A DNA stretch of 64,000 nucleotides from the NCBI GenBank assembly GCA_964016885.1, contig OZ024743.1, positions 246,264,001 to 246,328,000 of the forward strand, in the 5' to 3' direction. A model generated the notes under the pieces. It saw only the letters and a program-made list of their open reading frames with translations. It was not told the DNA's origin and searched no databases. Within the stretch, counting starts at the first letter, position 1; every line of letters starts with the position of its first letter. Of this stretch, positions 40,369-54,375 are shown in pieces. Source of the DNA: Eledone cirrhosa (lineage: Eukaryota). Position numbers and translations under genes: made by a program.

Positions 40369-43115
40369 TGGTATAAAAGCGAGAGGAAACAACAGACAAG
40401 AAAGAGCAGAGCCTTGGTGGAAGAAACGACTGAGTGGTCAAATCAGGGAAATGAGAAATGACATTGGAAAGCTTGAGTCACTACTGAATGGGACACTAAA
40501 AAACATAGGCACTAAAAATAGACTGGAAATAAAGTACAAAACTAGGAGGAAAAAGCTAAATATTATCATAGAGGAACTGAAGCAACGCATTGTAGCAAAG
40601 AGTGCAAAAATCAGGCGATACGAGAACAGAGTCAGTCAGTATAAACAGAACCGCATGTTCGACAACAACCAGAAGATGCTGTTTGGACAGCTCGAGGGGA
40701 AAGAAAGAGGCAACGACTTGATCCCTGAGGCGGAACAAACTAAAACATTCTGGAGAGGAATATGGGAGCAGGATGTTAGACATAATGACCAGGCAGGGTG
40801 GATTGAGACAGTACAGAGGGAGATCGGTGAGCAGGCACACCAACAAACTGATTTGAGTATCACAGTTGAAACTCTTAAGGGGCAGGCCAAAAAACTAACC
40901 AACTGGAAATCACCAGGCCCAGATGGTGTGCAGGGGTATTGGATTAAAAATTTAACATCCCTCCACCCGAAACTGACAGCCATGTTCAATGACTGCTTGA
41001 TGTCAGGTGAGGTACCAGAGTGGTTGACAAAAGGTACCACAGTTCTGATAATGAAATACCGAATCAAGGGTAATGATGTTACCAACTATAGACCTATCAC
41101 ATGTCTGTCCGTAATGTGGAAACTGTTGACGAGCATTGTGTCTGAGGAAATCTACCATCACCTCCACACAAACAACTTGTTACCGGACAAACAGAAAGGA
41201 TGCCGAAAGAAGTCATGTGGTACAAAGGACCAGTTACTTATTGATAAGATGGTAATGGGGAATTGCAGGAGGAGACACACTGATCTTGCCATGGGATGGA
41301 TAGACTACAGAAAGGCATTTGACATGGTGCCTCATTCTTGGATCACCAAAAGCCTGGAGATCTTCAAGGTGGCAGATAACATCAGACAGTTGCTGGGCAG
41401 GAGTATGAGGTCCTGGGAGACAGAGTTGACATCAACTGGAGAATCCTTGGCAAGCGTGAAGATCAAGAGAGGTATCTTCCAGGGAGATAGCCTGTCCCCT
41501 CTGTTGTTTGTCCTTGCCCTGATGCCCCTGACCATTATGCTGCGAAAAGTGAGAGCAGGATACAAGTTGGGAAAGGGAGAGCTTACCATCAATCACCTCC
41601 TCTTCATGGACGATCTTAAGCTCTTCGGGAAGAGTGAGAAGGAGTTGGATGTGCTTGTTGACACTGTCCGTATTTTCAGCAGTGATATATGTATGCAGTT
41701 TGGTATTAGTAAGTGTGGAGTCATTGTGATGAGGAGGGGTAGGTTGAGCAGAAGTAACGGAATCCAGATACCAACAGGTGAGATGATAAAGGAAATTGAC
41801 TCTGAGGAAGGATACAAGTATTTGGGCGTTCTGGAGGCTGATGGCATAAAGAACAAAAAAATGAAGGAATTGTTAAGAACTGAATACATTCGGAGAGTAA
41901 GGAGCGTATTGAAGTCACATCTGAACAGCAGAAATGCCATAAGCGCAGTAAATTCCCGAGCTGTGTCTATTATTAGGTACAGTGCGGGAATTCTGAGATG
42001 GAATGTTGCTGAACAAAAAGAAATGGATAGGAAGACTAGGAAGCTATTGACTATCTACAACATGTTCCACAAGAGGAGTGATGTCGATAGACTCTACCTA
42101 AGGAGATCTGAGGGTGGAAGAGGTCTTATCAGCATAGAGGACTGTGTTCAGATGGAGAAAAACAACCTACACAAATACGTGACTGATAGTAAGGAGCCAA
42201 TGCTCAGAACTGTACTGAAGGAGGAGTCAATAGGCTAGGGGATGTCCAGGGAGGAAATAACATCAAGGAGAAAGAGCAGCCTTCAGGGAAAATCCCTTCA
42301 TAGTACCTTCTTTGAGAAAACTGAATTTAGAGATCCACAGACATGGAACTGGTTGAGAAGAGGAGACCTCAAAAAGGCTACAGAAGGAATGTTAATGGCT
42401 GCGCAGGAGCAGGCCCTCAAAACGAAGTGGTTGAAACACCATATTTACAAGGAGGAGGCTAGCCCACTGTGCAGGATCTGTGGAGAGAGAGAGGAGACTG
42501 TGGCTCACATTGTATCCGAGTGTAAACACCTAGCCCAGACCCACTATAAGGGCTGGAGACATGATGTGATGGGCAGGGTGATCCACTGGCACCTGTGCAA
42601 AGTAAACAATTTACCACATTCTGAGAAATGGTATGAGCATAGGCCAGAGGCGGTGATGGAGAACGATCAGGTGAAGGTGCTGTGGGATTTTAGGATACAG
42701 ACGGACAAGAAACTGGAACACAATAGACCTGACCTGGTGGTTGTGGACAAAGAAAAAAGATCGTGTCTGATTGTGGATGTGGCCTGCCCATTCGACACGA
42801 GAGTGCAAGAGAAGGAGAGGGAGAAAATTAACCAATACCAGGACTTAAAGTGGGAGGTAAAAAGGATTTGGAACTGCCATGAAGTCAAAGTGATCCCGAT
42901 TGTCATAGGCGCACTGGGGACTATCTCCAAAAGTTTCCAGGGATGGTTAAAGAAAATTGGCCCCTTCACGCTTTTTGGAACGCTTCAAAAGGCATGCTTG
43001 CTGGGAACAGCAAGAACCCTCCGATACGTCCTGAATATCTGAGGCTGCAGGTAGTGGCTTGATATTCATTCCAACGGACTTTCCAGTTAACCAACATCAA
43101 TGACTGAGATTCAAG

Positions 43116-43150
<35 letters not shown>
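40369..43150 (+). mobile_element. 5'-truncated R4/Dong copy with a nonsense mutation
   Basis: Matches the first copy from ~37585 onward; CAG>TAG at 42236-42238 splits ORFs 40316-42238 and 42242-43042; same 3' UTR and (AAT)n tail. Confidence 0.93.
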
Positions 43151-43154
<4 letters not shown>

Positions 43155-43783
43155 TTTCTTTATTGGCCACAAGGGCTGACATCAAGAAAAACATTACAGA
43201 CAGCACAGGACGGTACGATGTGGGTTTTGTGCGTGTAAATATTTTTATTATTTATATAAGAAAAGAAAAAAAAGGACATAGAAACATATATATATATAAA
43301 CAATAAAAATGAAAATTGAAACAATGAAAAATTCCCCAATAGGAGGGGGGTGGGGGCAACTTCCGAGGGTTACTCGTGGCAAAAACCACACAAAAGACCA
43401 CGGCCACCCTGCCCACCAGGGCAAGCGCCCTCTCTCAATTTTTCCATCTCTCAAACTACAGACGTATACTCAGACCATTCTCGCTACATTCACCCACCTT
43501 TCAACAATGCTAGAAGGCAGCATTTGCCTCTCCACCCTGATTTTCCTCTTCAAGTGAAACTTGAAAAAGTTAATTAGGGATTCGCCGAAGAGGAAAGTAT
43601 CTATCTTTAACCCTTTCAACCTTGTCCACCACACAATCTCTTTCGCCATGGCCACCAGGCAAATGAAAACTGCTTGCCCTTCCTCCTCGAAGGAAGATGG
43701 TGCGACCATCTGCACAATGGACTCAGTCGATAACCGGATCGGTCCTACATGCGACATAGCTCCATAAGTCAGCAATGCCCGGG
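43151..43783 (-). mobile_element. Tx1/L1-clade LINE 3' fragment
   Basis: ORF2 C-terminal AKEIVWWTR..ERW motif; ends in an (ATT)n tail on its own strand; its terminal ~55 bp recurs at 43800-43856 between AAT runs. Confidence 0.7.
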
Positions 43784-44868
43784 CAATAATAATAATAATA
43801 ATGATTTCTTTATTGGCCACAAGGGCTGACATCAAGAAAAACGTTACAGACGGCATAATAATAATAATAATGCACATGGTGGATAGAATGTTATGGAATC
43901 GCTCCCGTAAGTTTTTGATTTTTTACATATTTAAAACAATTGTGATAGAATAATTCTTATTACAAATGGGACATAAGACTCCAATCTAACTCTCAGGAAG
44001 TGACAACACATAAAACTCTGGCATATGGCTCAAATATTTAATTTTGTATCAGAAATTTTATAGTCAAAAAAGAAAATGGTTACAAATGGTCACAAATGGT
44101 AGAAAACAACACCCAAATAATTTCACCACCAACACTGCCACCACCACTACCACAAAGTTTAGCTAGAGACAAACCAACAGCAACAACAACACCATCACTA
44201 CAGTACTACTAACCCACCACCACTGTCACCACTCCATCATCGCTACCACCACCATTCCCTCACTAGTGCCACTTCACATGACTAGAAAGGAAGAAGTTAC
44301 CAAAATATATAAATAGACTGATTTAGTGAGCCGGTCAAACAGCTAACAACAACACCATAATAATTATTGTCGTTGTATCTCTAAACTCTCTCAAAATGTT
44401 TAGTTTAAACGATGTCAAATAATAATAATAATTGTTTCTACTTTTGGCACAAGGCCAGCAATTATCGCAGTGTATTACTGGTACTTTATTTTATCGACCC
44501 CCGTAAGGATGAAAGGCAAAGTTAAATAATAATAATTGTTTCTACTTTTGGCACAAGGCCAGCAATAACCCAGTGCATTACTGGTACTTTATTTTATCGA
44601 CCCCCTTAAGGATGAAAGGCAAAGTTAACCTCGGCGGGATTTGAACTCAGAATGGCAAGGGCCGTAACTCTATGCGACAAAGCGTGGCGTCCGACCCTCT
44701 ACCGATACTGCCAATCCACAATAATAATTGTTTCTACTTTTGGCACAAGGCCAGCAAATTACCCAGTGCATTACTGGTACTTTAATGCACTGGGTAATTG
44801 CCGGCCTTATGCCAAAAAGTAGAAACAATTATTATTGTGGACTGCAAGCAGGGAAAAGCGGACGTAAA

Positions 44869-44900
<32 letters not shown>

Positions 44901-45339
44901 CAAATCAAGATTGAATACAGTAAAAAACTGGTTAGACCATTACTCACCAGAGCACTCGATACCTGGGGTAATAGAGTATGGTTATATGAAAGAGTCGGGA
45001 CCCCGATGGCTGAGCCCTTGCTGTTTCGACAGCTAGAACTAGTTGTTGAAACGACAAGAACTCAGTCGTCAGGGTCCCAACTCTTTCATATATATATATG
45101 TATATAATAGGGAATTTAGATTGATATAATGCCAGAGACACAGAAGCCAACACAATTTTTCAATCTTGCTTCCTATAGAACTGCTCTACAATAATCACAG
45201 TAAGCGAGAAGTATGATGGTGAGAGTACTGGATGACAATTAAGATTCTTGTGGGGAAGAAACTAATACAAGGGCCTTTCCTAGCTAAAGCAGGGGTTAGC
45301 CTTGCAGGCCCATGACAAGCTTCTCCACTTTGCTCTATA

Positions 45340-46225
45340 ATCTGCATCCCCCTTCAAAAACCCTGGCTTTCGTTCCCTCCTCCATCATCCCAGCAATATC
45401 TTTTTTAATCTTTTTCTTCCTCTATTTCCTTCCACATTCAGTTCCATCACTTTTCCGGCACTTTTATCTCATTCCATTTCTCTTTACAACATTCATAATT
45501 GGTTCTATTCCTATCATTCCCTGCAATTTATTGTTTGTTTTCCTCTCTCTGAGTGGTACCCTACTCATCCAATGGACCATTCTCATTTCCCTCCTCCCCA
45601 GTCTTCTTTGCTGCTTCATATTTAACCCTAATATCTTACTCCCATAAATCATGACACTTCTCACACATGCAGTATACAGCTTTCTCTTCAGTTTTGGTGA
45701 GATTCCTCTTCTCATAAGTACACCACTCGGTTTTTGGAAGTTTTTACATGCACATCACACTCTATCTATTGTCACTGAGTCTGATCCACCTTCTCCATTA
45801 AACATATCTACCAGAAAAGAAAATGTTTTCAGACCTTCCATTTTCACATTATTCCAAAGGTCCTGCTCAACATCCTCACCCTCTGTAGCCATCCCCTCTC
45901 CTCATACACACTTTACACTTCAATATAGCTTCCCCATTATTTAATAATCCTTTCACACTATATTTTCAATGTACCCACCCAGTGCATATGGCCACCTTCC
46001 TGTTCTTTTTCATCTCACCATATACTTTTCCACCTCTGTATTTCCGATATTCCCATTCATACCTTTTGTCTCCATTCATTCATCTTCTCCCAGTTCATCC
46101 ATACTCTCTGCTATTATCAGGTCATCTGCATACAACTCCTATGGTAAATCATCCTTTACACTTCTGGCCAGAACCTCTGTCACAACTACACATAATAGTA
46201 GACTTAATACTGGACCATGATGCAG
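45340..46225 (-). mobile_element. RTE LINE RT fragment
   Basis: ELYADDL-like box, KLYTACVRSVMIYGS, REMRMVHWM. Confidence 0.8.
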
Positions 46226-49200
46226 TCCAACCTTCCCTTCAAAATCATTGCTGTTCTTATCACACGTTTTTGAAAAATCCTCTTGATAACTGTCCTATTG
46301 CCAACCACTTTACAGAGTGTACGTTTTATCATGTCACCAACAATCTTGACACAACTGAAGAGTCCTTTCATCCTATTTTTTCCATGGTTTCTACATCATG
46401 TAAAACAGCAGTTATGATAAAATTACAGGTAAACTTTCACCCTTTGGTCATTATCAAAATTAATACCAATGTTATAATAATTTCTTAAATAGGTTCAGAG
46501 CCTCAAATGTAAAGAGACTAAGAAATGCAGTCATGTGGCATTTGTGCATTTTCCAAAAGGCAAAAGTAGCAGCTCGCTTGACATGGAATGTACAAATGAT
46601 ATGACAAAAATGAAAATTGTGCAGACAGTTTGTAGAGAAATTAATCTTTGTCATTTACAGATACTCTCCAATCTCTGGGCCACAGATATACTGTCTTCTC
46701 TTTCTACAGCAATTATAATTGTCTCTGCTACTTGGCTGGTCTTATACCTCTTTCACTTAGGCACTCATCTCTCCTCGTTTCATCACTCATGCTGTGTCCA
46801 ACCCCTAGGCTCTGCATTAACTTCCACACCCAGTTCTTCTGCCTAGAATATTAGAACTCTGGAGATTCCTACTTGATCATGTATTTCCAAAAGGAGTCAA
46901 CTTGTAACAGTTTAATCAAAAATCAACAGCATCAACCTCCCCAGTCTCACAGGGCCTGTCAAGGACATAGACACTGCACCTTCCTCCAGGCCTACCAAAA
47001 AAAAATATAGGTGTCATTGGTATGTATTTAGTCAGTGAGAAGCAGTGATCAGAAGGAATATATGTGATGAAAGGGTCAATTGCACTGTATGTCATCTTGG
47101 GTGGTACTATTTACCATAGTCTTGAGTTAACCCAAGCCTTGTGAGTACAATTGGGTAGACAGAAACTCTTTAAAAGGCTATTGGATGAACTGTACCTCTA
47201 AATTAAAAAAACCAGCCTTGTCACACACTGTGTCACGCTGCTTGTCTCATACAAGCATTTACACATTAATTTAACGAGTATGCTATTCCATGGATCGAAC
47301 AACTGGAACACTCGGTGTCGAACCCTATGGAGGTTAATTTAATTTTTTTTTTTTTTTTTTTTACATACATTTAGCATTAACAACTCAAGTAATAAAAGCA
47401 AAGGCTAGAAAATGATGTGGTAGCAGAGGGGAAAATGAAATGTTTTTTTGTTTTTTTGAAACGTTAAAAGAATGTGCCCAAGTTAGGATATCACGATAAT
47501 TTGTAAAGCAAGGGAGAGAAGCAGACATTGACAAGCCGTTTTCACACATGTGATTATCCTTCCTTATTCCTATCGCCTACATTCTCTTGGATCTACGATA
47601 TAAAGCTGTTTATTTTTAAAATGTTTATATTTATTTTAAAACTTTCCATCATAATGCGATATAAGAACCTTTGTTATGTTCCAAACACCATCTTAATAAT
47701 GAGAAAGTTTGTTATATAATTAAACACCTCCACATTGTTGATTACTTTCATTAGATATATGGTAACAAGATGATTAACGCACCAGTAAATAATACTAACA
47801 TTAATGTCAAACTTAATATAAGTAAAGGAGAAAAATAAATTATTACTAATGTTTCCCAAACGACATCAATAAAATAAAATGACAATAGCTAGAATGTGAA
47901 ACTCGTCTTGGCATTTTCCAAAAGGAGGCAACATCTAACCATAAAATATTCGAAGTGAATATTTTTATAAATTACCAAATACAAAGTAATCTAAAATTGA
48001 CTACATATGTAGGAAATGAAATCAAATTTGTATATATTGGGAACTAATCTAAGCTTAAACAAACAATACTTGTTTACAATTCATAAAAAAAAGTGCATGT
48101 AAAACTCGAATGATATATTCATTTCGAAATTGTAATTGTCTTTTTTTTAAAGCAAGTGATATTTGCTTTAAAAAAAAAAACTTATCACAATAACTCATTC
48201 CATTTTGCATCCTCGTAATTTAAAATACATAATTTTATACATATAACATTTATTTCAAAAATAACTTCACTCCTTACAAATGGCTTCTCTCCTGCTCCAA
48301 CTAGATGACTGTCACCCATTTCAGTATTGCCTTTTTTACTCATATTAATTTCTAGCATAAGCACGAGCTTAATCGTTCATATCCAATCCAGTGTTTTATT
48401 TTATTAATCTTGACTTGACTATTTGGGCATAATGTTAATAATAAAATGTTTGGAGCAAAATTAGTCGTATATTGGGGGGGGGGGGGTTAAATTGGGCTAA
48501 TGCTTGCTTACATTGCATGCCTATTATTATTATCAAAGATGGCTAATGTCTGTTAAAGAGACATATAAAAGTGAGTAGTATTTAGCAAAGAAATTTGAAT
48601 GTAACAGGAGTTTAGTAAAAAAAAATTTTATTTTTAGAATTTTCCCCATATTTTGTTTACAGAATTAATGCTTTTATATATTTTCAGCTGAAACGAAATG
48701 TTTTTTTTATTTACATACAATAAACACACTATTTGTAATAATGAATATGATTTATATAACCGGCAAAATCAATCCGAGAAAAAAAAGGGGGAAATTGGGA
48801 TGCAGCAACACTAACAATGTAATGTTTGTCTTTAAGGAATTGACTGTTGTTGTCAGTGACTACTATGAATTCCTGAAATTTATTCGATTATCATGACTTA
48901 GATGAACTATTCAAATATTTTCTCCTATTCAGTGTGGGTGACAAAATATCTGTGATTATATAAAATGAAAATATAAGCATTGTGTAGCTAAAAAGAAACG
49001 TTAATATTAACAGTAAAAATATATATAATACTTCATATAACATTTAATTTCGAAAGATTTAAGGAGATTGGAGTAAAAATCAATTAAAACTGGGAAACTA
49101 AACATAAATATGGCTCATTACCAGAGTTTTACACAAAGACGTGAATGACCTAGATAATTTAAAATGGCGGTCGGCTCTTTATTTAGTAATGCTATTTCCC

Positions 49201-51779
49201 ATTGCAGGATACACACACGCATATAGAATGTTTCATACCAATTCTTAATTATAAAAAATAAAATAAAATTACCACGTGGAAAAAATATTTCCAACTATGT
49301 TGATCAATAAAAATTACTAAATGTATAAATATTAGCCTCTTAATCATCATACTATATAAGACGTCTTGTAACCATCATAACAGTGTAATAGCTGGTAGAG
49401 CTATTATTTTGTCTTTATTTCACAATAGTTTCACTGGGTTCTGGCGATAATACTAATTGAATTTTATTTTTAAATCTGGAAAGATTTGGAATTATTTCTT
49501 TTTATTTAAGCAATAGTTTTAACAGATTGTATATGTAATTATTACTCTCAAAATAAATACACAATAATTTGTCGGGATTTTCTTTTCTCAAAAAATATAT
49601 TGTTGGTATTAAATTATAACGTAAAAAAAAAGAAAGAATATAATTTTATTGAGGAACATAAACATTTAAACGCAAGAGGATTTACGAAATGTAGCCAATT
49701 TTTTATCGTTTATTAGATCGATCTTTACATATACACACATATTTAAATTCTCCTCAGATCGCAATACATATCCTGAATGCTTTCAACATAGTGGACTCCG
49801 CTTACAGGTATCCAAGGGTAAGGTGGTGGTACACACGCATACATTATATACACACATATATGTGTGTGTATATAATGTTGAAAACATTCGGAATAAGTAC
49901 TGCGGCTTAAAAATTACACATTAGTCTCAAATGCCCAGAAAAGGGTCATATGTGTTGCTCTTCTTCCTGACTAAGCGATAAAAAAAAACATTTTAAAAAG
50001 CTATAAATGCATTCAACACACATATATATAACAGCATGTCGATTTAACTCCACATTAATATAATAGAAAGTTAACTTTATTCTACAAAGTGAACTGTATT
50101 AAAAAATTAATTACACGGCGAGGTTTAATTGTTCTGTAATTCAACTTTATAAAAACTCGTTGCTTATAAAGAAAGATTATCAATGAGTATTTATGATATA
50201 AATAAATAATTATAGAAAATAAATGTTTTAATCATGATTTCTTAATTTAACATAAATCCTTAGCGGAGCGAATGCGCCATCCTGATAGATAGATAGATGT
50301 GTATGCGTGTGTGTGACTAGCTTCTCTGGAGAAAGAAAAGCCTGTCTATTATATTTCTGCCACTATTGAGACTATCTTAGTAGTCGTTTTACCTTTACTG
50401 TCTGGTTAGATAAATGCATTAAGTGGAGCCATGATAGTGCTGAAGAAATTAGAGGGACATCTTTCTTTAGAAATTTTTAACTAAGATAATACGAAGTGTT
50501 GCCCACATTCAATGTTAATGAAATGGCATTCTACACTGGGAATAAGAAAACTGATTTACATTAAAGTTAAATCATGTTATCAGATTCCATTAATGTTTAC
50601 GTGTGTGTGTGTGTCTGTGTGTTCATGTTAACACTGTTATTAAGCACGTGAACACACTGCTCATATTAGCCGATGTAAGCACACGTACACTTAAAGCAGA
50701 AGACACGTTGTTTACATACACGAAAAAATCTCTCCCTCTCACACATATAATTATATAGATTCATGAATACACAATGACATAAATAAACAGATGTTCACAC
50801 ACTATACTGAAACCAAACACAGTATAACGTTCTGCGTTTAGTGGCATTATAACTATTGTTGGTTAACATAACTATTCCGATTAGTGTTCTTATTTTAATT
50901 TCGTTACGTTTTGGTCGTTGTACCCTTCACATTAGCTAATGTTCTCCGAATTTCATATTGAACCCATTATTCCAACCGGGTCCATGACATAACCCTCATA
51001 TAGTGAAAAAAAATGTAAGAATTTGAAATGATGCTTAAATTATATTGTTTTAATTTATTCTTTATAATGTTAGCTATTAAAAACTATAAAATTTGTTTTA
51101 TCTTTTACTGTTAAATATTTTTTATTATGTCAGTTCATATTTCGTTATCCATGCCAAGAGTATTGACTGTTATCGTACTGTTAGAGATAATAGCATAATC
51201 ATGTTGTAGTTTACCTGATAGGTGTCAATTCAACCCCAGGGCCAGTGTATCTCTATATATATTCTAGTTTAAGGGAGATGATTAGTTTGAAATTCCGAGA
51301 ACATTAGCAAATACTGCAGACGGTTGAAGAAGTTCGAGAATATAAAAGCCGAAACGTTGTAACTATCGAATAGTTAAATAAGAATAATTCTTCACCACGA
51401 AATTTAGACAATTTATAGAATAAATATACAAACAGTTATGATGACGGCATAACTATAGTTTCTGGACGATATATCTCAGCTGTATAAGATGGCGAAAACA
51501 GCCAGAGATATCCACTGCATAAAGGCCACGATGCCTTCGTCCCGATTTGGCTGAGGAAAACGAGAGTCCGTTCAGCTATAGCAATAACGAAAGTGCCTCT
51601 GTGGTCGCATGACTTGCTAGAGATAGCAGCCAAAGCTCCCCCAAATGGAAGGACACATTGAATAATGTGATCCTAGATACATTGCGACGGGATGGTAGTA
51701 GGTTCTCTCGACCAGGGCTCACCTTGCATTAAACAAAAACAATAACCTGGATTGTAAATAACTTACACACACACGCACA

Positions 51780-51830
<51 letters not shown>

Positions 51831-51962
51831 AATTATCGAGAATCGGAACCTCGGCCCACGAAATAACGAAACACAATCTTCGAAATGTGTGGCAAAGTGC
51901 TCAATAGTTTGGATAAACCAGAGCTATAACTAACATTTAAAAAAAATATATATATATATATA

Positions 51963-53612
51963 GTGACGAAACATGCTCCTAGCTGCTGATACGGTCATAC
52001 CCTCGGCTACTGGGGTCCAACAGGGCGACCCCTCCTGTTCGCCCTTGGTATTGACCACATCGCCCGGAGTATCACGGCCCCTCTAAACGTTTGGTATCTG
52101 GATGATGCTACGTTGGGCGGGCCCGTACGGACGGTCTGCCATGACCTTCAATCGGTGGTTCCTGGCCTGGCGGGAATCGGCCTCCAGGTCAACTCGGCCA
52201 AGTCGGAGGTGGTGAACGTCAGCCTCGATGCTGCGAGCTTTGCAGCCTCCGTCTTAGACGTGCGGTCCATTCTCCGCCAGGTTCAGGTGACCCCCAAAGA
52301 GGATGTCCTCATCCTCGGGTCACTGATCCACCTGCCGGCCATCTGCTCCACCATCAGGTCCAGGCTTCAACAACTCCAGACTCTCACGAGCCGATTGGGC
52401 TTGATTGACGGCCACCCAGCTCTCTTTCAGCTGAGGAACTGCTTCGCCATGCCGAAGCTCCTCTATACACTCTGCAGCGCTCCATGCTACACCCAGACAT
52501 CTCTCCTCGCTGACCTCGATACTTGTATCCGAGCAGCAGCCGAGGGGATATGCAACGTCAAGTTTGACGACATAGGGTGGCAACAGGCTACTTTACCTGT
52601 CAGGTATGGCGGCCTAGGCCACCGGTCCTCGATGATCTCACTAGCTTTGCCGGCATATCTTTCGTCGTTAACCTCGTGCCGCGTCCTCGTCAGCAGGGTT
52701 CTTCAAAACACAACAGAGCCCTCTGTGTACAGAGACCGTGAGGCCGCCTGTGAGACGTGGGACCAGCTGGAACTTAGCCCACTAGACGTCCGTCCTCTTC
52801 CCCCTGTTGATGTCAAGTCCCCCCCCCCCCCCAACGCACTTGGGATGCCATCCAGTGCAGCCTGGCCTCAGACAGGCTCACAGGCCAGCTCGACTAGCAC
52901 CACCTTGTTTGTTTTCATGCGGCGTCCAAACCCCACAGTGGTGCCTGGCTCCATGCCCTGCCCTCCTACTCCACTGGCACGCAGCTAGACAACCATAACC
53001 TACGAATTGGCGTTTCCCTGTGGCTCGGTCTCCAGATCTGTCAGCCACACCAATGTCGCTGCGGTTCCACCGTGGACTCTTTCGGCCTCCACCCGCTTTC
53101 CTGTCGCCACAGTACCGTCCGCATTCCACGCCATGCTGCCCTCAACGAAGTCATTAAGCATGGCTTGGACGCTGCAAGCTTCCCTTGCCAGCTCGAGCCG
53201 GTGGGGCTGGATCGAGGGGACAGCAAAAGGCCAGATGGCATGACCATTTTCCCGTTCCGCGGTGGCAAACCCCTCGTCTGGGATGCCACTTGCACCAACA
53301 TTTTCTGCAGCTGCAACCTGGTGCAGTCTGCGACTGACCCAGGTTCTGCTGCACGTCGGGCCGAGGGGGCCAAACTCCTCAAATACCGGTCACTCTCCGA
53401 CAGGTTTGCGGTCATACCCCTGGCAGTGGAGACTTCTGGTGTCCTCGGCTCCAGGGCTACCTCCTTACTCACCACCATAGGCGCTGAGCTGGCCAGCTGC
53501 AGGTGTGAGCCCCGCGAACTGGAGTGGCTTTTCCAGCGCATCTCCCTTGCCATCCTCTGTGGAAATGCCTTCTCCATTCTGTCCGCTGGGGCTGTGGGTG
53601 GGCCCCATCGCG
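51963..53612 (+). mobile_element. CRE-clade RLE non-LTR retrotransposon, 5'-truncated and frameshifted
   Basis: GVQQGDP, WYLDD, GLQVN..K.E, QATLPVRYGGLG; frameshift at poly-C ~52819-52832; SGAWL, CRCG..D..G.H.LSC, RHAALN, RPDG, WDATC, K..KY, P.AVET.G, QRIS.AI..GNA. Confidence 0.9.
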
Positions 53613-53740
53613 TGCCAATACATTGGTTAAATACCATTCTTTCATCTGATATAACACCAATTTATTTAGTTATTTTTACTTTGTACATAAAAAAAATTTT
53701 GAAGGTCATAAGAATAAAAAAAGTGGACAATCCTTTATTT

Positions 53741-53796
53741 ACTGCTATATATATTTCGCTGATAGCCATTGAATGGCTATGACTTCATCAGGCAGT
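53741..53796 (-). ncRNA. Type I hammerhead ribozyme
   Basis: ACTGC-CTGATGA-agtc-ATAGCCA/TGGCTAT-cagc-GAAA-TATATA-TA-GCAGT; perfect 5-bp stem I, AUA site, base of stem II unpaired. Confidence 0.7.
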
Positions 53797-54077
53797 TAGT
53801 CAGTTCTTAGATATGCCAGCTCTGTGTTTTTGGTGTTGATGGTTTCAGAGCCTTGGGACATATGAGCTTGTTAGGGATAATTTAATGTATTCAGCATGAA
53901 TAATCTTAATTCTCATTGGTCAGTTTGTAGATGCTAGTAGGGTTGGTATTTGATCTCAAAGAGGCAGGTGGTGTTGTAAATAGTTCCATATGAGTGATTT
54001 TCACAAAAAGCATTCCTGGTCAGATATATATTCAATTGAGGTTTATAGTATGAAATTCGATACTACAGGTCATTCTT

Positions 54078-54375
54078 AAATTGAGGAATTTATGTGGGGT
54101 GGTACTACTGAAAATTATGGTTAGAGTCAAATACTAGAAAGTTTACATATAAAAAGACTTATGTTGGTTGACTTGCACATACACTCGCACCTACCCCCAC
54201 AGACACACACACACATCCACACATACAAATTGAGGAATTTATGTGGGGTGGTAATACTGAAAATTATGGTTAGAGTCAAATACTTAGAAAGTTTACAAAT
54301 AAAAAGACTTATGTTGGTTGACTTGTACATACACTCACACCTACCCCCACAGACACACACACATCTACACACACA
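54078..54375. repeat. 149-bp tandem duplication
   Basis: AAATTGAGGAATTTATGTGGGG at 54078 and 54227. Confidence 0.9.
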
